Of a DNA stretch of 64,000 nt, positions 1 through 12,095 are shown piece after piece. Source of the DNA: Kiritimatiellia bacterium (GTDB taxonomy: Bacteria; Verrucomicrobiota; Kiritimatiellia; JAAZAB01). Position 1 is the stretch's first letter. Each line of letters opens with the position of its first letter. The notes under the pieces are model-generated. The model saw nothing but the letters and a program-made list of their open reading frames with translations. It did no database searches and had not been told where the DNA came from. The DNA lies in contig JAXGPF010000004.1 of NCBI GenBank assembly GCA_040767085.1, positions 166,756-230,755 of the forward strand, in the 5' to 3' direction. Made by a program: the position numbers and the translations under genes.

Positions 1-401
1 AGGCGCGCGCGCAGATAAGCCAGGTTGCGCGTTTCCGCGCAATCCGGGTGGCGCAGAAAACTCAGGTCGTGGATGGTAACCACCGCCCGGCCCCGCCGCA
101 GGGGCGGGATGATGAAATTCGGAAAATGGTATACATCGGCCGGGCCGGCCAGGCTGTCGAATGGCGGCCACCCAAGCCGTTTCCATGCCTGTTGCACCAA
201 CTGGCCGGGCAACCAGCGCACGGCCCGGCGGCGGAGGCCCGGCGGCAGGTCCGCGCCGCCGCGGCGCCGGAAATCAAAATAAAAACCGCTGACTTCATCC
301 GCGCCGCGCAGTTCGGCCAGATGGGCCGCCAGCATCCTGGTGTAGCGCCCGATGCCCGCCCGTTGGGCGATGGCGGATTGTATATCAATGCAGATATGCA
401 C
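1..401 (-). CDS. Glycosyltransferase family 4 (GT1/GT4-type), 5' part only; the gene runs off the window start
   Basis: Minus-strand translation from a GTG at 401: MHICIDIQSAIAQRAGIGRYTRMLAAHLAEL...VVTIHDLSFLRHP. GIGRYTR and IHDL are typical GT4 N-terminal motifs. The ORF-track frame 62..388 is a different, spurious frame. Confidence 0.55.
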   Translation of the reverse strand, partial: MHICIDIQSAIAQRAGIGRYTRMLAAHLAELRGADEVSGFYFDFRRRGGADLPPGLRRRAVRWLPGQLVQQAWKRLGWPPFDSLAGPADVYHFPNFIIPPLRRGRAVVTIHDLSFLRHPDCAETRNLAYLRAR

Positions 402-414
402 TCAATTTTCCATG

Positions 415-443
415 TTGAACATACGGATGCATCCCGTTATAAT
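415..443 (+). promoter_or_regulatory. Near-consensus sigma70 promoter, TTGAAC-17 bp-TATAAT
   Basis: TTGAAC at 415-420, a 17-bp spacer, and TATAAT at 438-443. It sits in an AT-rich patch divergent from the GT4 start; the predicted TSS is near 450. Confidence 0.5.
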
Positions 444-452
444 CTCATGCCA

Positions 453-665
453 ATGCACCGGAAAAAGCAATTTGAAAAATTCAGCGCTTCGGAGCTTTAC
501 TGCCCGCGTTGCGGCGGGCTGCGCCCCGTGCGCGAACGCCTGCTGCTGGTGCTGCCGCGGGCGGAAATCTTCGAATACCGCTGCGCCGTCTGTTCCACCT
601 CGCTCGGTTCGCGGGAAGTTACCAGCGGCGCCGCGGCCGTCGCGCCGCCCTTCTCAGCAAGATAG
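453..665 (+). CDS. Small Cys-rich (zinc-ribbon-like) protein, ~70 aa, possibly leaderless
   Basis: ATG at 447 and 453, directly at the predicted TSS of the promoter above. Sequence MHRKKQFEKFSASELYCPRCGG...EYRCAVCSTSL carries a CPxCG...CxxC pattern. Taken from the 3' part of track ORF 48..665. Confidence 0.3.
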   Translation: MHRKKQFEKFSASELYCPRCGGLRPVRERLLLVLPRAEIFEYRCAVCSTSLGSREVTSGAAAVAPPFSAR

Positions 666-1109
666 CAGCATCAGCAGCAGAATCATGACAACCGCCGCAG
701 CCAATATCCATCCGGAACGGCGCGGCGGCAAATTGCCGCACTCCGGCGCTTCCCCGTCCGTATCGCGCCGGCGCATATAATCTCGGTCAGCCAGCCCCAT
801 CTCGCTCTCCCAAGCTTGTCATGCGGCAAAGTTTAACATGCGCCGTCGCGCTGTCAAGCGCAGCCGGCGGCATGCCTCCCGCCCGCTCCCAGACAGCCAA
901 AATCTTTTTCACGCCGACACAAACGCCGGAAGCCGCTGTGATTTCCGTGGCGGCGCCACGCCGGCGCCTGGCCAATACTGCCACATCCAACGGGTTAAAC
1001 AAGCGCAAAATCGGAGAATTTGGGCTTGACAGCGCGCCCGGCGCCAGAACAGTATATGGCCGGAAGGACGGGATGAAACCGGCCGGCAACGGCCGCCGGA
1101 GGAGGCGCC

Positions 1110-3389
1110 ATGTCAACGGTTTTTTGCAGGTTATTGCCAGCCGCCGCGGCAGCGGCCTGGCTGACAGCCTTCCGGGCCGGGGCGGGCGGCCTGGAAATAA
1201 CTTATCCCGACCACGCGCTGGATTTGCCGGAAAGCGCCGAATTCGCCGGCTTGGAAACCGGCAAGCCGTGGGACATGTCAGAACTTTACGACATCACCTA
1301 CCGTTACGGCTTTCATGAACCATTCACCCCGCCAGCGGGCGGGATTTGGCGCGGCCGGGCCTACGATCAGGATTTGCCAGCCCATTTTCACCCCCTCTTC
1401 CGCGGCATCGTGTCCGATCCGGACTATCTACAGTATTTCACCCGACATGCCCCCGGCACGCCTTACGGCCCTTTGAATCCGGTCAACGCCGATGCTTACA
1501 ACCGCCTATCGTTCCGGCACGCGCTGAACGCCGGCGAACGTTCCTATTGCCAGATCACCTGGCATCATACCCTGCTGGACGCTGAAAACAATTATCTGGC
1601 TTTCTACGACGGCGATTACGCGCGGGCCTCCGGCGCCAATCTGCCCGTGCCCGATCCCAGCGGTTTCCGGATTTATGACCTGGACCTGGCCGGCGCCGGT
1701 TTCGGCGACGATTGCCTGCCTTACTGGGACAAACCGGGGAGCGGCGGCGCCTGGACCGGGACGGTTTACGGATTTTATATTGTGCCGTCGCTGAATGCCC
1801 ACCGCGGCATGCCATACGCCGTGGACTGGATTCGCCTGTATCGCTCCGATCCCGCCACCCGTATTCCCCTGGCCTGGACCGCCGGAACCCTGCATCCCCA
1901 GACGAACCTGGTCTCCCTGCAACTCTATGTGGCCACCAACAATTGCGGCGATCCCGGCGACCTTTTCCTGTCGGGCATCGCCAACGACGGCGCGCTGGAA
2001 TTCCACGCCGGCGCACTGCCGCCGGGCGAATATTACCTTTACCTGAAGGCCGTGCTGGATACCGGCAGCGGTTTTAACGAGCTGGCCCGCAGCGCCTACT
2101 CGCCCCAGCTCCGGATCAACGCGCGCCCGACCTTCGTCTTCACAGCGCCGTCATTCACCAGCGGCGTGGAATACGCCGCCGCGGAACGCGGAAACCCGTG
2201 GGACATGAATGACACCGCGGATATTGACACCAGCCGCACGACCGGCATCGCCGGTACGGCGTTCAACCAGGGCAGCTTGTGCGCCGCCACCGCCAACGGC
2301 GATCCGCAAATAGCTTTAAGCCTGTTGCGCCCCGACGGCGCGGCGGCGCCCATTCCCACCGCCCGGTACCGCTACCTGACCTTCCGCATGCAGTTCGATC
2401 CGTCGGATTACCCGTCATCGGACTTTGACGATTTCCATGAGCGCGCCAACATCCTGGGCGGTGTGGCGCGCTGGCAATGGGTATACACGGACTTTGCAAT
2501 GGACCAGTCATACACCAAGGATCTGATCCTGCATGAAGGCTGGAACGATTACACGGTGGACTTGTGGGATCCCGCGTTGCTGGAAACCCGCAACGCGCCG
2601 CCAAGCGCCGGCTGGACCAACGTCCCGGCCGTCAACTATCTCATCTTCCACCCGCTGGAGCCTTCCGTGCCCATGCCGGTGCGCCTGGATTGGGTCAAAC
2701 TGTGCGCGCCCAACGCGCCGGACAACCATTTTTATGAACTACGCTGGAACGCCGGCGACGCCGAAGGCGAGGCGCTGGACATCAACCTGCTTTACGGACG
2801 GGGCGCGGGCGACGGATTCGAGGGAACCGCAATCGTCCGGCTGACAAACCAGACCCCCGGACCGGGCGCCTTTACCTGGTACACCGGCGCCGTGCCTGCC
2901 GGCGAATACACGCTCCGCGCCGTGGTTTCCGACGGCTGCAACACCTTGACGCGGGACGCGCCGGTCCCGCTGCAAATCGGCCCGCCCGCGCCGCGGCTCC
3001 CCGCACCCGTGCTCAAGGGCAACGGTTTGCGGAACAGCCTGGCTTTGTCCGCCGGCGAAACGCTGACGGTGACGGTGGAGTTGGACGCCGGGGACTATGC
3101 CGGGCTTGAAGCCGACTGGTGGGTAGCGGCCTGGGATGCCGGGCAAAATCTCTGGTATTACCTGGACGCCGCCATGCTCTGGACAACGTTCGACGGCAAC
3201 TTCGCGGCCTGCCGGCCGGTTTACCAGGGACCGCTGTTCCATCTGCCGCCGACAGCGGCCTTGAGCGATTTCCCGCTGCCGCCCGGCAGTTATTATTTCT
3301 ATTTCGCCGTGGACGAGCGGGATGACAGTTTGAACTATCCTGCCGGCCCGATTGTCTTTGATGACCTGAACATTACGGTTGCTAAATGA
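1110..3389 (+). CDS. Secreted hypothetical protein (759 aa) with an internal duplication
   Basis: N-terminal signal-like segment MSTVFCRLLPAAAAAAWLTAFRAG. The motif G(K/N)PWDM occurs twice about 310 aa apart, indicating two homologous halves. No recognisable catalytic motif. Confidence 0.6.
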   Translation: MSTVFCRLLPAAAAAAWLTAFRAGAGGLEITYPDHALDLPESAEFAGLETGKPWDMSELYDITYRYGFHEPFTPPAGGIWRGRAYDQDLPAHFHPLFRGIVSDPDYLQYFTRHAPGTPYGPLNPVNADAYNRLSFRHALNAGERSYCQITWHHTLLDAENNYLAFYDGDYARASGANLPVPDPSGFRIYDLDLAGAGFGDDCLPYWDKPGSGGAWTGTVYGFYIVPSLNAHRGMPYAVDWIRLYRSDPATRIPLAWTAGTLHPQTNLVSLQLYVATNNCGDPGDLFLSGIANDGALEFHAGALPPGEYYLYLKAVLDTGSGFNELARSAYSPQLRINARPTFVFTAPSFTSGVEYAAAERGNPWDMNDTADIDTSRTTGIAGTAFNQGSLCAATANGDPQIALSLLRPDGAAAPIPTARYRYLTFRMQFDPSDYPSSDFDDFHERANILGGVARWQWVYTDFAMDQSYTKDLILHEGWNDYTVDLWDPALLETRNAPPSAGWTNVPAVNYLIFHPLEPSVPMPVRLDWVKLCAPNAPDNHFYELRWNAGDAEGEALDINLLYGRGAGDGFEGTAIVRLTNQTPGPGAFTWYTGAVPAGEYTLRAVVSDGCNTLTRDAPVPLQIGPPAPRLPAPVLKGNGLRNSLALSAGETLTVTVELDAGDYAGLEADWWVAAWDAGQNLWYYLDAAMLWTTFDGNFAACRPVYQGPLFHLPPTAALSDFPLPPGSYYFYFAVDERDDSLNYPAGPIVFDDLNITVAK

Positions 3390-4183
3390 AACGCTTGATC
3401 GTGTTCTGCGGCTGGATGGCGCTGAAGCTCTGCCCCTGGTTAAAACGTCTCCTGCCCGATCCATTCACCCGCGAACGCATTGCGCGGCGCTACTTGTCCG
3501 GGCAGGGCATCGAGATCGGCGCACTGCACAACCCCCTGCAAATCCCGCCCGGCGCCCGCGTCAAATACGTTGATCGCCTGCCCCTGGAAGAACTCCGCCG
3601 CCAATATCCTGATTTCCGCCCCGGCCAATTCGCCAGGGTGGATATCATTGACGACGGCGAGACCCTGGCTTCTTTTCCCGACGGCGAACTGAACTTCGTC
3701 ATCGCCAACCATTTTCTCGAGCACTGCCAGAATCCCATCGGCGCCCTGGCCAACATGCTGCGCGTGCTCCGTCCGGATGGGATACTTTTCCTCGCCGTGC
3801 CGGACAAGCGCCATTCCTTCGACAAGGACCGCCCGCTGACGGAATTCGCACATATCGAGCGCGACTACATCGAAGGCCCGACATGGTCGCGCCGGCCGGC
3901 CGTCGAGGAATTCGTGCGCCTGGCGAACAAGATCACCGAGCCGGCGGCGGCGCGCCGCGAGGTGGAATCTTACCTGCGCGCCAACTATGCCATCCATTAT
4001 CATGTCTGGACCGAATGGGAAATCCTGGAAATTCTGCTTTATTTGCATCGCCGCCTGAACCTGCCGCTGCGGTTTGAACTGGCCTGGCACCGCGGCTGGG
4101 AAACCGTGTTCATCCTGCGAAAATTATCCATGCCGCCCGGCGCTTCCCCTGCCGGCGGCTGCCCGCCGGACAATCCGCCATGA
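3386..4183 (+). CDS. Class I SAM-dependent methyltransferase
   Basis: GIEIGA...NFVIANHFLEHCQNP...LRVLRPDGILFLAVP matches the Methyltransf_11-like motif I and post-I pattern. ATGA start/stop overlap with the upstream gene. Confidence 0.7.
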   Translation: MKRLIVFCGWMALKLCPWLKRLLPDPFTRERIARRYLSGQGIEIGALHNPLQIPPGARVKYVDRLPLEELRRQYPDFRPGQFARVDIIDDGETLASFPDGELNFVIANHFLEHCQNPIGALANMLRVLRPDGILFLAVPDKRHSFDKDRPLTEFAHIERDYIEGPTWSRRPAVEEFVRLANKITEPAAARREVESYLRANYAIHYHVWTEWEILEILLYLHRRLNLPLRFELAWHRGWETVFILRKLSMPPGASPAGGCPPDNPP

Positions 4184-5064
4184 AAAACAACGCCGCCTTG
4201 ATTTCCGTCATCATTCCCGCCTACAACCACGAAAAATTCGTCGGCGCCGCCATTGCCAGCGTCCTGCGCCAGACCTATGACCGCCTGGAATTAATCATCG
4301 TGGACGACGGCTCCACGGATGGCACGCCGGACGTAATCGCCGGTTTCCACGACGCGCGCATCCGGGCCGTGCGCCAGTCCAACCAGGACGCTTACAACGC
4401 GCTGAACCGCGGCCTGGCCATGGCCCGCGGCGATATCTTCGCCATTTTGAATTCCGATGATGTGTTTCCCGCCGAACGCCTGGAAGTCCTGCTGGACCGG
4501 CGCGCGCAGACCGGGGCGGCGTGCCTGTTTACCCATGTGCGGCCGGTGGACGCCGGGGGGCAGCCGTTGCCGGACAACCATCCCTGGCGCGCCTGGCACG
4601 AACGCAACCGCCGGTTCTATTTCGACTGCGGCGATCTTTACACTGCGTTTTTGAAGGGCAACCTGATGGTCGGCACGTCTAACCTTTTTCTGAACGCGGA
4701 GCTGGCCCGCGCCGTGGGCGAATTTGCGCCGCTGCATTACCTGCACGATTACGATTACATTTTCCGCGTCATGCTGGCGGCGCCCGGCCGGGTGGATTAT
4801 CTGCACGACCGCGAACTGCTGGATTACCGTCTGCACGGCGCCAACACCATCAGCCGCGGCGCCGTGGCCGCCCGCGAACAGGATTTGGCTTTGATCAGGC
4901 GCTACATGCTGGCCGGTCTCCCGGAAGCCGGCCGGCCGCGCGCGGCGGCCGGCGCCGAACGGCTGTTGGAACTGGAACGCGAACTGCAGACGGAACGCTA
5001 CCGCCTGGCGCATCCCTGGCGGTGGCGGCTGGCGCAAATCCTGGCCGCCGCGGTTGGCAAATGA
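4180..5064 (+). CDS. Glycosyltransferase family 2
   Basis: ISVIIPAYNHEKFVGAAIASVLRQTYDRLELIIVDDGSTDGT is a classic GT2 N-terminus containing the DxD motif. ATGA overlap with the methyltransferase. Confidence 0.8.
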   Translation: MKNNAALISVIIPAYNHEKFVGAAIASVLRQTYDRLELIIVDDGSTDGTPDVIAGFHDARIRAVRQSNQDAYNALNRGLAMARGDIFAILNSDDVFPAERLEVLLDRRAQTGAACLFTHVRPVDAGGQPLPDNHPWRAWHERNRRFYFDCGDLYTAFLKGNLMVGTSNLFLNAELARAVGEFAPLHYLHDYDYIFRVMLAAPGRVDYLHDRELLDYRLHGANTISRGAVAAREQDLALIRRYMLAGLPEAGRPRAAAGAERLLELERELQTERYRLAHPWRWRLAQILAAAVGK

Positions 5065-5073
5065 CCTTGTTTT

Positions 5074-5937
5074 TCACTCCGGCTGCGTGCGCCAACGGCG
5101 ATGCATCCAGGTCCATTGTTCGGGGTAAGCGCGGATGACATCCTCGATCACGCGGGTGTACGCCTGGGTGGCATCCCGGATGGTGTCCGGCTCGCAATCC
5201 GCCGGCGGCGGCAGCGGCGGGAAGATTTTCACGCGATGCCGGCCATCGGGCTGGCGGATAATGAAAACAGGGATGACAGGCGCCTGGCTGCGGGCGCTTA
5301 AAAATGCCAGCCCGGGCGAAGTGCAGGCCGGGCGGCCGAAAAATTCCACAAAAATCCCGTGTTTGCGCTTCATGTTCTGGTCCAGCACAAACCCCAGCAC
5401 TTCATTGTTCTTCAGCACCTGCCGGCAGGCGCGGTAGGAATTACGGGGGGGCAGGGTTTTGACGCCGAGCCGGTGCCGCGCCTGCTCCCAGTGTTGATTC
5501 AAGGCCGCCGGCTTGATGGTTTTAGTGATGACCGTCAAGGGCACGCCGAACAAAGGCGCCATGGTGCAGAGCAGTTCGAAGTTGCCGATGTGGGCGGTCA
5601 ACACCAGGGCGCCCCGGCCCTGCGTCAGCACACGGGGCAGGCAGTTTTCGCCATCCATCTCGACCAATTCGCGCAGGCAGGCGCGGTCCACCGCGCCAAA
5701 CCGCAGGACTTCCACCAGCAGCAGGCCGAAATTGCGGTACATGCCATCGGTGATGGCCTGGATGGCGGCGGCGCCGCGGTCAGGGAAACAACGGGCGATC
5801 GTCCGCGTCACTTCCCGGCGGCGCAGTCGCAAAACCGATCCCAGCAGGCGCCCCAGGCGTTCCCCCCAGCGCATGGCCCGCGCGCGGGGCATGCGCGCAA
5901 ATGTCGCTTCCAGCCGTTTAACCGTCCAGACAATCAT
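5074..5937 (-). CDS. lpxL: Lipid A biosynthesis acyltransferase (LpxL/HtrB family; lysophospholipid acyltransferase superfamily)
   Basis: Length and motifs match the LpxL family, including the HIGNFE (HxxxxD/E-like) acyltransferase motif and WTWMHRRW near the C-terminus. Confidence 0.65.
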   Translation of the reverse strand: MIVWTVKRLEATFARMPRARAMRWGERLGRLLGSVLRLRRREVTRTIARCFPDRGAAAIQAITDGMYRNFGLLLVEVLRFGAVDRACLRELVEMDGENCLPRVLTQGRGALVLTAHIGNFELLCTMAPLFGVPLTVITKTIKPAALNQHWEQARHRLGVKTLPPRNSYRACRQVLKNNEVLGFVLDQNMKRKHGIFVEFFGRPACTSPGLAFLSARSQAPVIPVFIIRQPDGRHRVKIFPPLPPPADCEPDTIRDATQAYTRVIEDVIRAYPEQWTWMHRRWRTQPE

Positions 5938-6094
5938 CCTAAATCCAGCATTTGAAATTCAAAAATTGACATAAGCAATTGAAAACACGGAAGATCTGAT
6001 TTCTGTCACAAAAATCTTTTGGGTGTGGGAAAATTTTTTAATTTCAAACCGGAAAATGGTTGGCGATTTCGCCGCATCTGCTTTGTTGGCAAGG

Positions 6095-6185
6095 GTTCGG
6101 AGTATTACTAATACACCGTCACCCTTGCCGCCCACGCGCCGCGCGTGGCAAGCGTGCATCCTTGTCCCGCTTTAAAGCGGGACGC
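6095..6185. terminator. Cluster of three GC-rich hairpins downstream of clpC (no U-tract)
   Basis: ggcaagggt...acccttgcc (9-bp stem), ccacgcg-ccg-cgcgtgg, and gtcccgc-tttaaa-gcgggac (perfect 7-bp stem). Located between the clpC stop and the lpxL start. Confidence 0.4.
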
Positions 6186-6214
6186 GGCAAACTTGCCAAC
6201 TGCCGGATTCAGGA

Positions 6215-8761
<2,547 letters not shown>

Positions 8762-8785
8762 GTCAACCGCCTTTCGCCAAATCTT

Positions 8786-9844
8786 TTATGAACGCAGCGC
8801 CAGCCGCTCCCGCACCAACTGCGCGCGCGCTAGGTCTCTTTTTTCCGAGCCGATATGCCGTCCGCCCAATTTCTGCAGGTGGCCGGGCTGAATCAGCAGG
8901 AACAATTCGTCCAACACGTTTTTCTTCCAGTTTACCACAAGGCCCATGTCAATGCCAAGCCGCAAAGCGGAAAGCAAATCGAGAGTTTCCCGCGAATTGA
9001 GCAGAAAAGCGTGCGTCAGAATCCCCAGGGCCCGGCCAATATGATCGCGCAGGTTGTTTTCGCGTTGCTGCAACAGGCGCGCGCGGGCGTTTTTTTCATG
9101 TTCGGCGATCTCTAAAACAATCTGTTCCAGGCGCCCGATGATATTTTCCTCCCGCTCGCCCAGGGTCGTCTGGTTGGAAATCTGGAACATGTTGCCCGAG
9201 GCGTCGGTGCCTTCGCCCCACAGGCCGCGCACCGCCAGGCCGATTTTATTGACGCCCTTGATGATGCTGTTGACCTCGTTCATCAACACCAGCCCCGGCA
9301 GGTGCAGCATGACGCTGGCGCGCATCCCGGTGCCGACGTTGGTGGGGCAGGCCGTCAAATAACCCAGGCGCGGCGAATAGGCGTAACGCACCCGCCGCTC
9401 GATGGCGGTGTCAATCAGGTCAATCCGGCCCCACAAGTCGCGCAGCATCAAGCCGGGCGAAATGGCCTGCAGCCGCAGGTGGTCTTCCTCGTTGACCATG
9501 ATGGCGATGCTCTCATCGCGCTTTAACACCAGCCCGCTGCCCGGCGCCTTGGCGGCGGAAAGATCGCGGCTGATCAGGTGGCGCTCCACCAGCACGCCCC
9601 GGTCCACCCGGCTCAGGGTGGACATTTCCAGCACCATCGGCGCGGGATCGTCCACCACGGCGGGCAGCAGCGCGGACATCTCCTGCCACAACTGGACCGA
9701 CATCACATCGGGCGCCCAGCCGGGGAAGGGGCGGTTCGCCACGTTGCGCGCCAGCCGCACGCGGCTGCTGACAATCACCTCGTTGTCGCTGCCAACCTGC
9801 AGCCAGGCGCCCGGCTGCTTTAATAAATCGTCAATGCTGGACAT
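8786..9844 (-). CDS. mcsB: Protein arginine kinase McsB (ATP:guanido phosphotransferase family)
   Basis: CPTNVGTGMRASVMLHLPGL matches the phosphagen-kinase active-site signature (CPTNLGT). The likely true start is MSSIDDLL (ATG at 9844). The track ORF 8786..10153 has a spurious N-terminal extension that overlaps mcsA. Confidence 0.75.
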   Translation of the reverse strand: MSSIDDLLKQPGAWLQVGSDNEVIVSSRVRLARNVANRPFPGWAPDVMSVQLWQEMSALLPAVVDDPAPMVLEMSTLSRVDRGVLVERHLISRDLSAAKAPGSGLVLKRDESIAIMVNEEDHLRLQAISPGLMLRDLWGRIDLIDTAIERRVRYAYSPRLGYLTACPTNVGTGMRASVMLHLPGLVLMNEVNSIIKGVNKIGLAVRGLWGEGTDASGNMFQISNQTTLGEREENIIGRLEQIVLEIAEHEKNARARLLQQRENNLRDHIGRALGILTHAFLLNSRETLDLLSALRLGIDMGLVVNWKKNVLDELFLLIQPGHLQKLGGRHIGSEKRDLARAQLVRERLALRS

Positions 9845-9900
9845 GATTGCAACGGCTTTCTCCGCGGCGCGGCGGCGCGCGCCCGGGGGCGGCTCCCGGT

Positions 9901-10413
9901 TCAAGCCTCGGCTTCCGGCGCCGGGCGCCGCCCGGCGTTTTCTAAATCGCGGATACGGTCGCGGATGCGGGCAGCCGCCTCGTAATTTTCCGCCTGGACG
10001 GCCGCCTGCAATTCCTGGCGTAATTCCAGCAGGGAGGCGGCCGCCGGCGCCGCGCCGGGGCCGGCTCCGGCCGGCTGCTTGCCGATGTGCTGGGCGCCGC
10101 GGTGCATGGCATCCAGCAGCGGCTCCAACTCCGCGGCAAAAGCTTCGTAACAATGCTGGCAGCCCAGCCGGGAAGACTTGCGGAAATCCTCGAGGCGCAT
10201 CCGGCAGTGCGGGCAGGCCTTGTCGGCCTGTTCCGCCTCATCCCGGGCGCCGCCCAGGCCGAGCAATACATCGGTGATCGAGATAGCGCCGTTGACGTCC
10301 AAACCATGCTCGGCGGCGCAACTCTCGCACAAATGCATTTTTTTCACCGCGTTGTTCACCATCTGGGTCAGGTGCACCGTCGCCGGTTTCTGCCCGCAAG
10401 CTTCGCACATCAT
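9901..10413 (-). CDS. mcsA: McsA-like activator of protein arginine kinase (zinc finger plus UvrB/UvrC motif)
   Basis: CEACGQ...CESC and CPHC...CQHC zinc-finger pairs, and a UVR motif NYEAAARIRDRIRDLE. Lies immediately upstream of mcsB. Confidence 0.7.
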   Translation of the reverse strand: MMCEACGQKPATVHLTQMVNNAVKKMHLCESCAAEHGLDVNGAISITDVLLGLGGARDEAEQADKACPHCRMRLEDFRKSSRLGCQHCYEAFAAELEPLLDAMHRGAQHIGKQPAGAGPGAAPAAASLLELRQELQAAVQAENYEAAARIRDRIRDLENAGRRPAPEAEA

Positions 10414-10432
10414 GGAGCTGGTCCCTCCCCCT

Positions 10433-11302
10433 TCACGCAATCGGCGCGCCCTGGCCGGCGGCGAAGGCGTGGAATCGCGCCGTCAGCATGCGGGTCAACG
10501 GACCGGGCCGGCCGGCGCCGATTTTGCGGCGGTCCATTTCCACCACGCTGATGATTTCGGCCGCCGTGCCGGTCAGGAACATCTCGTCGGCATTGTACAA
10601 GTCGTACCGCATCAGGGGCGTTTCGCGCACTTCCAGGCCGTTGTCGCGGGCCAGGCGCATGACGACATTGCGCGTCACCCCTTCCAGCGCGCCCTCGCTG
10701 ACGGGCGGCGTCAGCAACTGCTGGCCCCGGATGACAAAAATGTTGTCGCCCGAGGCTTCGGCGACATAGCCCTTGGTATTCAGCATCACCACCTCCTCCA
10801 CCCCGGCGTTGATGGCTTCGATCTTGGCCAGGATGTTGTTGAGGTAGTTCAAGCTCTTGATGTTGGGATTGATGGATTCCGTGTGATTGCGCAGCGTGCC
10901 GCAGGTCACCACCTTCAATCCCCGGGCATAGAGTTCCTTGGGGTAAAGCTGGATGCCGGCGGCGATGATGATCACCTGGGGCCGGCGGCAGTTATAAGGA
11001 TTCAAGCCCAGCGTTCCCACGCCGCGCGTCACGACCAGGCGGATATAGCCGTTGGCCGTACGGTTGGCCTTGCAGGTCTGCACCACGGCGCGCGCCATGG
11101 CGGCGCGGGTCATGGGAATTTTCATGGCGATGGCATGCGCGGAACGATAAAGCCGGTCCACGTGTTCGTCCAGCATGAACACCCGGTTGTTGTAAGTGCG
11201 GATGCCCTCAAAGACGCCGTCGCCGTACAACAGGCCGTGATCGAAAACCGAGACCCGCGCCGCCGACTCCGGCACCAGTTTGCCGTTCATGTAGATTTTC
11301 AT
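10433..11302 (-). CDS. ilvE: Branched-chain amino acid aminotransferase (class IV PLP enzyme)
   Basis: MKIYMNGKLVPESAARVSVFDHGLLYGDGVFEGIR...EVVMLNTKGYVAEASGDNIFVIRG is typical of class IV BCAT. The track ORF carries a 46-aa spurious extension. Confidence 0.75.
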   Translation of the reverse strand: MKIYMNGKLVPESAARVSVFDHGLLYGDGVFEGIRTYNNRVFMLDEHVDRLYRSAHAIAMKIPMTRAAMARAVVQTCKANRTANGYIRLVVTRGVGTLGLNPYNCRRPQVIIIAAGIQLYPKELYARGLKVVTCGTLRNHTESINPNIKSLNYLNNILAKIEAINAGVEEVVMLNTKGYVAEASGDNIFVIRGQQLLTPPVSEGALEGVTRNVVMRLARDNGLEVRETPLMRYDLYNADEMFLTGTAAEIISVVEMDRRKIGAGRPGPLTRMLTARFHAFAAGQGAPIA

Positions 11303-11351
11303 GCTGCCTCCCGATTGCGCCGGCCGCCCGCAGGGGCCGGCAGCTTTGCCG

Positions 11352-12095
11352 TTAATTATTATACAAACCATCCTGCGCCGGCCACAAGCGGCCGTCCCGC
11401 AATTCCAAAACGCGCTGGCAGCGCGACGCGACCTCGGCATTATGCGTCACCATGATCAGCGTCTGCTGCTCCCGGGCCACAAGCGCAAATAATCCATCCA
11501 GCACGTGCCGGCCGGTGACAGGATCAAGGTTCCCGGTCGGCTCGTCCGCCAGCACGATGGCCGGGCGGTTCATCAGGGCGCGCGCCAGGGCCACCCGCTG
11601 CTGTTCGCCGCCGGATAATTCCATCGGCAGGTGCGACAGGCGCTTTTCCAAACCCACCGCTTCCAGCAAGCCGCGCGCGCGGCGGGCGGCGGTTTCCGGC
11701 GCCAGACGCCCCGCCGCCAGGGGATTCATGGCCGGCAGGCAAACGTTCTCCAGCACATCCAATTCCGGCAGCAGATGGTAAAACTGAAAAACCAGTCCGA
11801 TCCGGGCCGCCCGCAGCATATTGCGGCGGCGGGCGGACAGCCTGTACAAATCCTCCCCTTGAAAGAAAACGCGCCCGCCCGTCGGCCGGTCCAACCCGCC
11901 CAGCACGTGCAGCAAGGTGCTTTTGCCGGCGCCGCTCGCCCCGACTACCGCCACGCGTTCGCCGCGCCGCAGTTCCAGGTTGACGTCCTGCAGGACTTCG
12001 ACCGAAGCATGCCCCAGCGCGTAGTTTTTGCGCAGGCGCTCCGCCGCCACCAGGATTTCCGGTGCTCCCGCCGTCTCTTCCATCCGTTTATTCAT
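11352..12095 (-). CDS. lolD: Lipoprotein-releasing ABC transporter ATP-binding protein LolD
   Basis: Walker [10 protein letters not shown], signature [15 protein letters not shown], Walker [13 protein letters not shown]. Adjacent to an FtsX-family permease. Confidence 0.8.
   Translation of the reverse strand: MNKRMEETAGAPEILVAAERLRKNYALGHASVEVLQDVNLELRRGERVAVVGASGAGKSTLLHVLGGLDRPTGGRVFFQGEDLYRLSARRRNMLRAARIGLVFQFYHLLPELDVLENVCLPAMNPLAAGRLAPETAARRARGLLEAVGLEKRLSHLPMELSGGEQQRVALARALMNRPAIVLADEPTGNLDPVTGRHVLDGLFALVAREQQTLIMVTHNAEVASRCQRVLELRDGRLWPAQDGLYNN

Noticed and set aside
48-447. 5' two-thirds of track ORF 48..665 (+)
   Set aside because: Overlaps the minus-strand GT4 gene (GIGRYTR motif) in antisense. 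Only the 3' portion after the strong promoter (453..665) is retained as a candidate.
10178-11455. 425-aa plus-strand ORF
   Set aside because: Antisense to ilvE and mcsA; no motifs; a GC-driven open frame.
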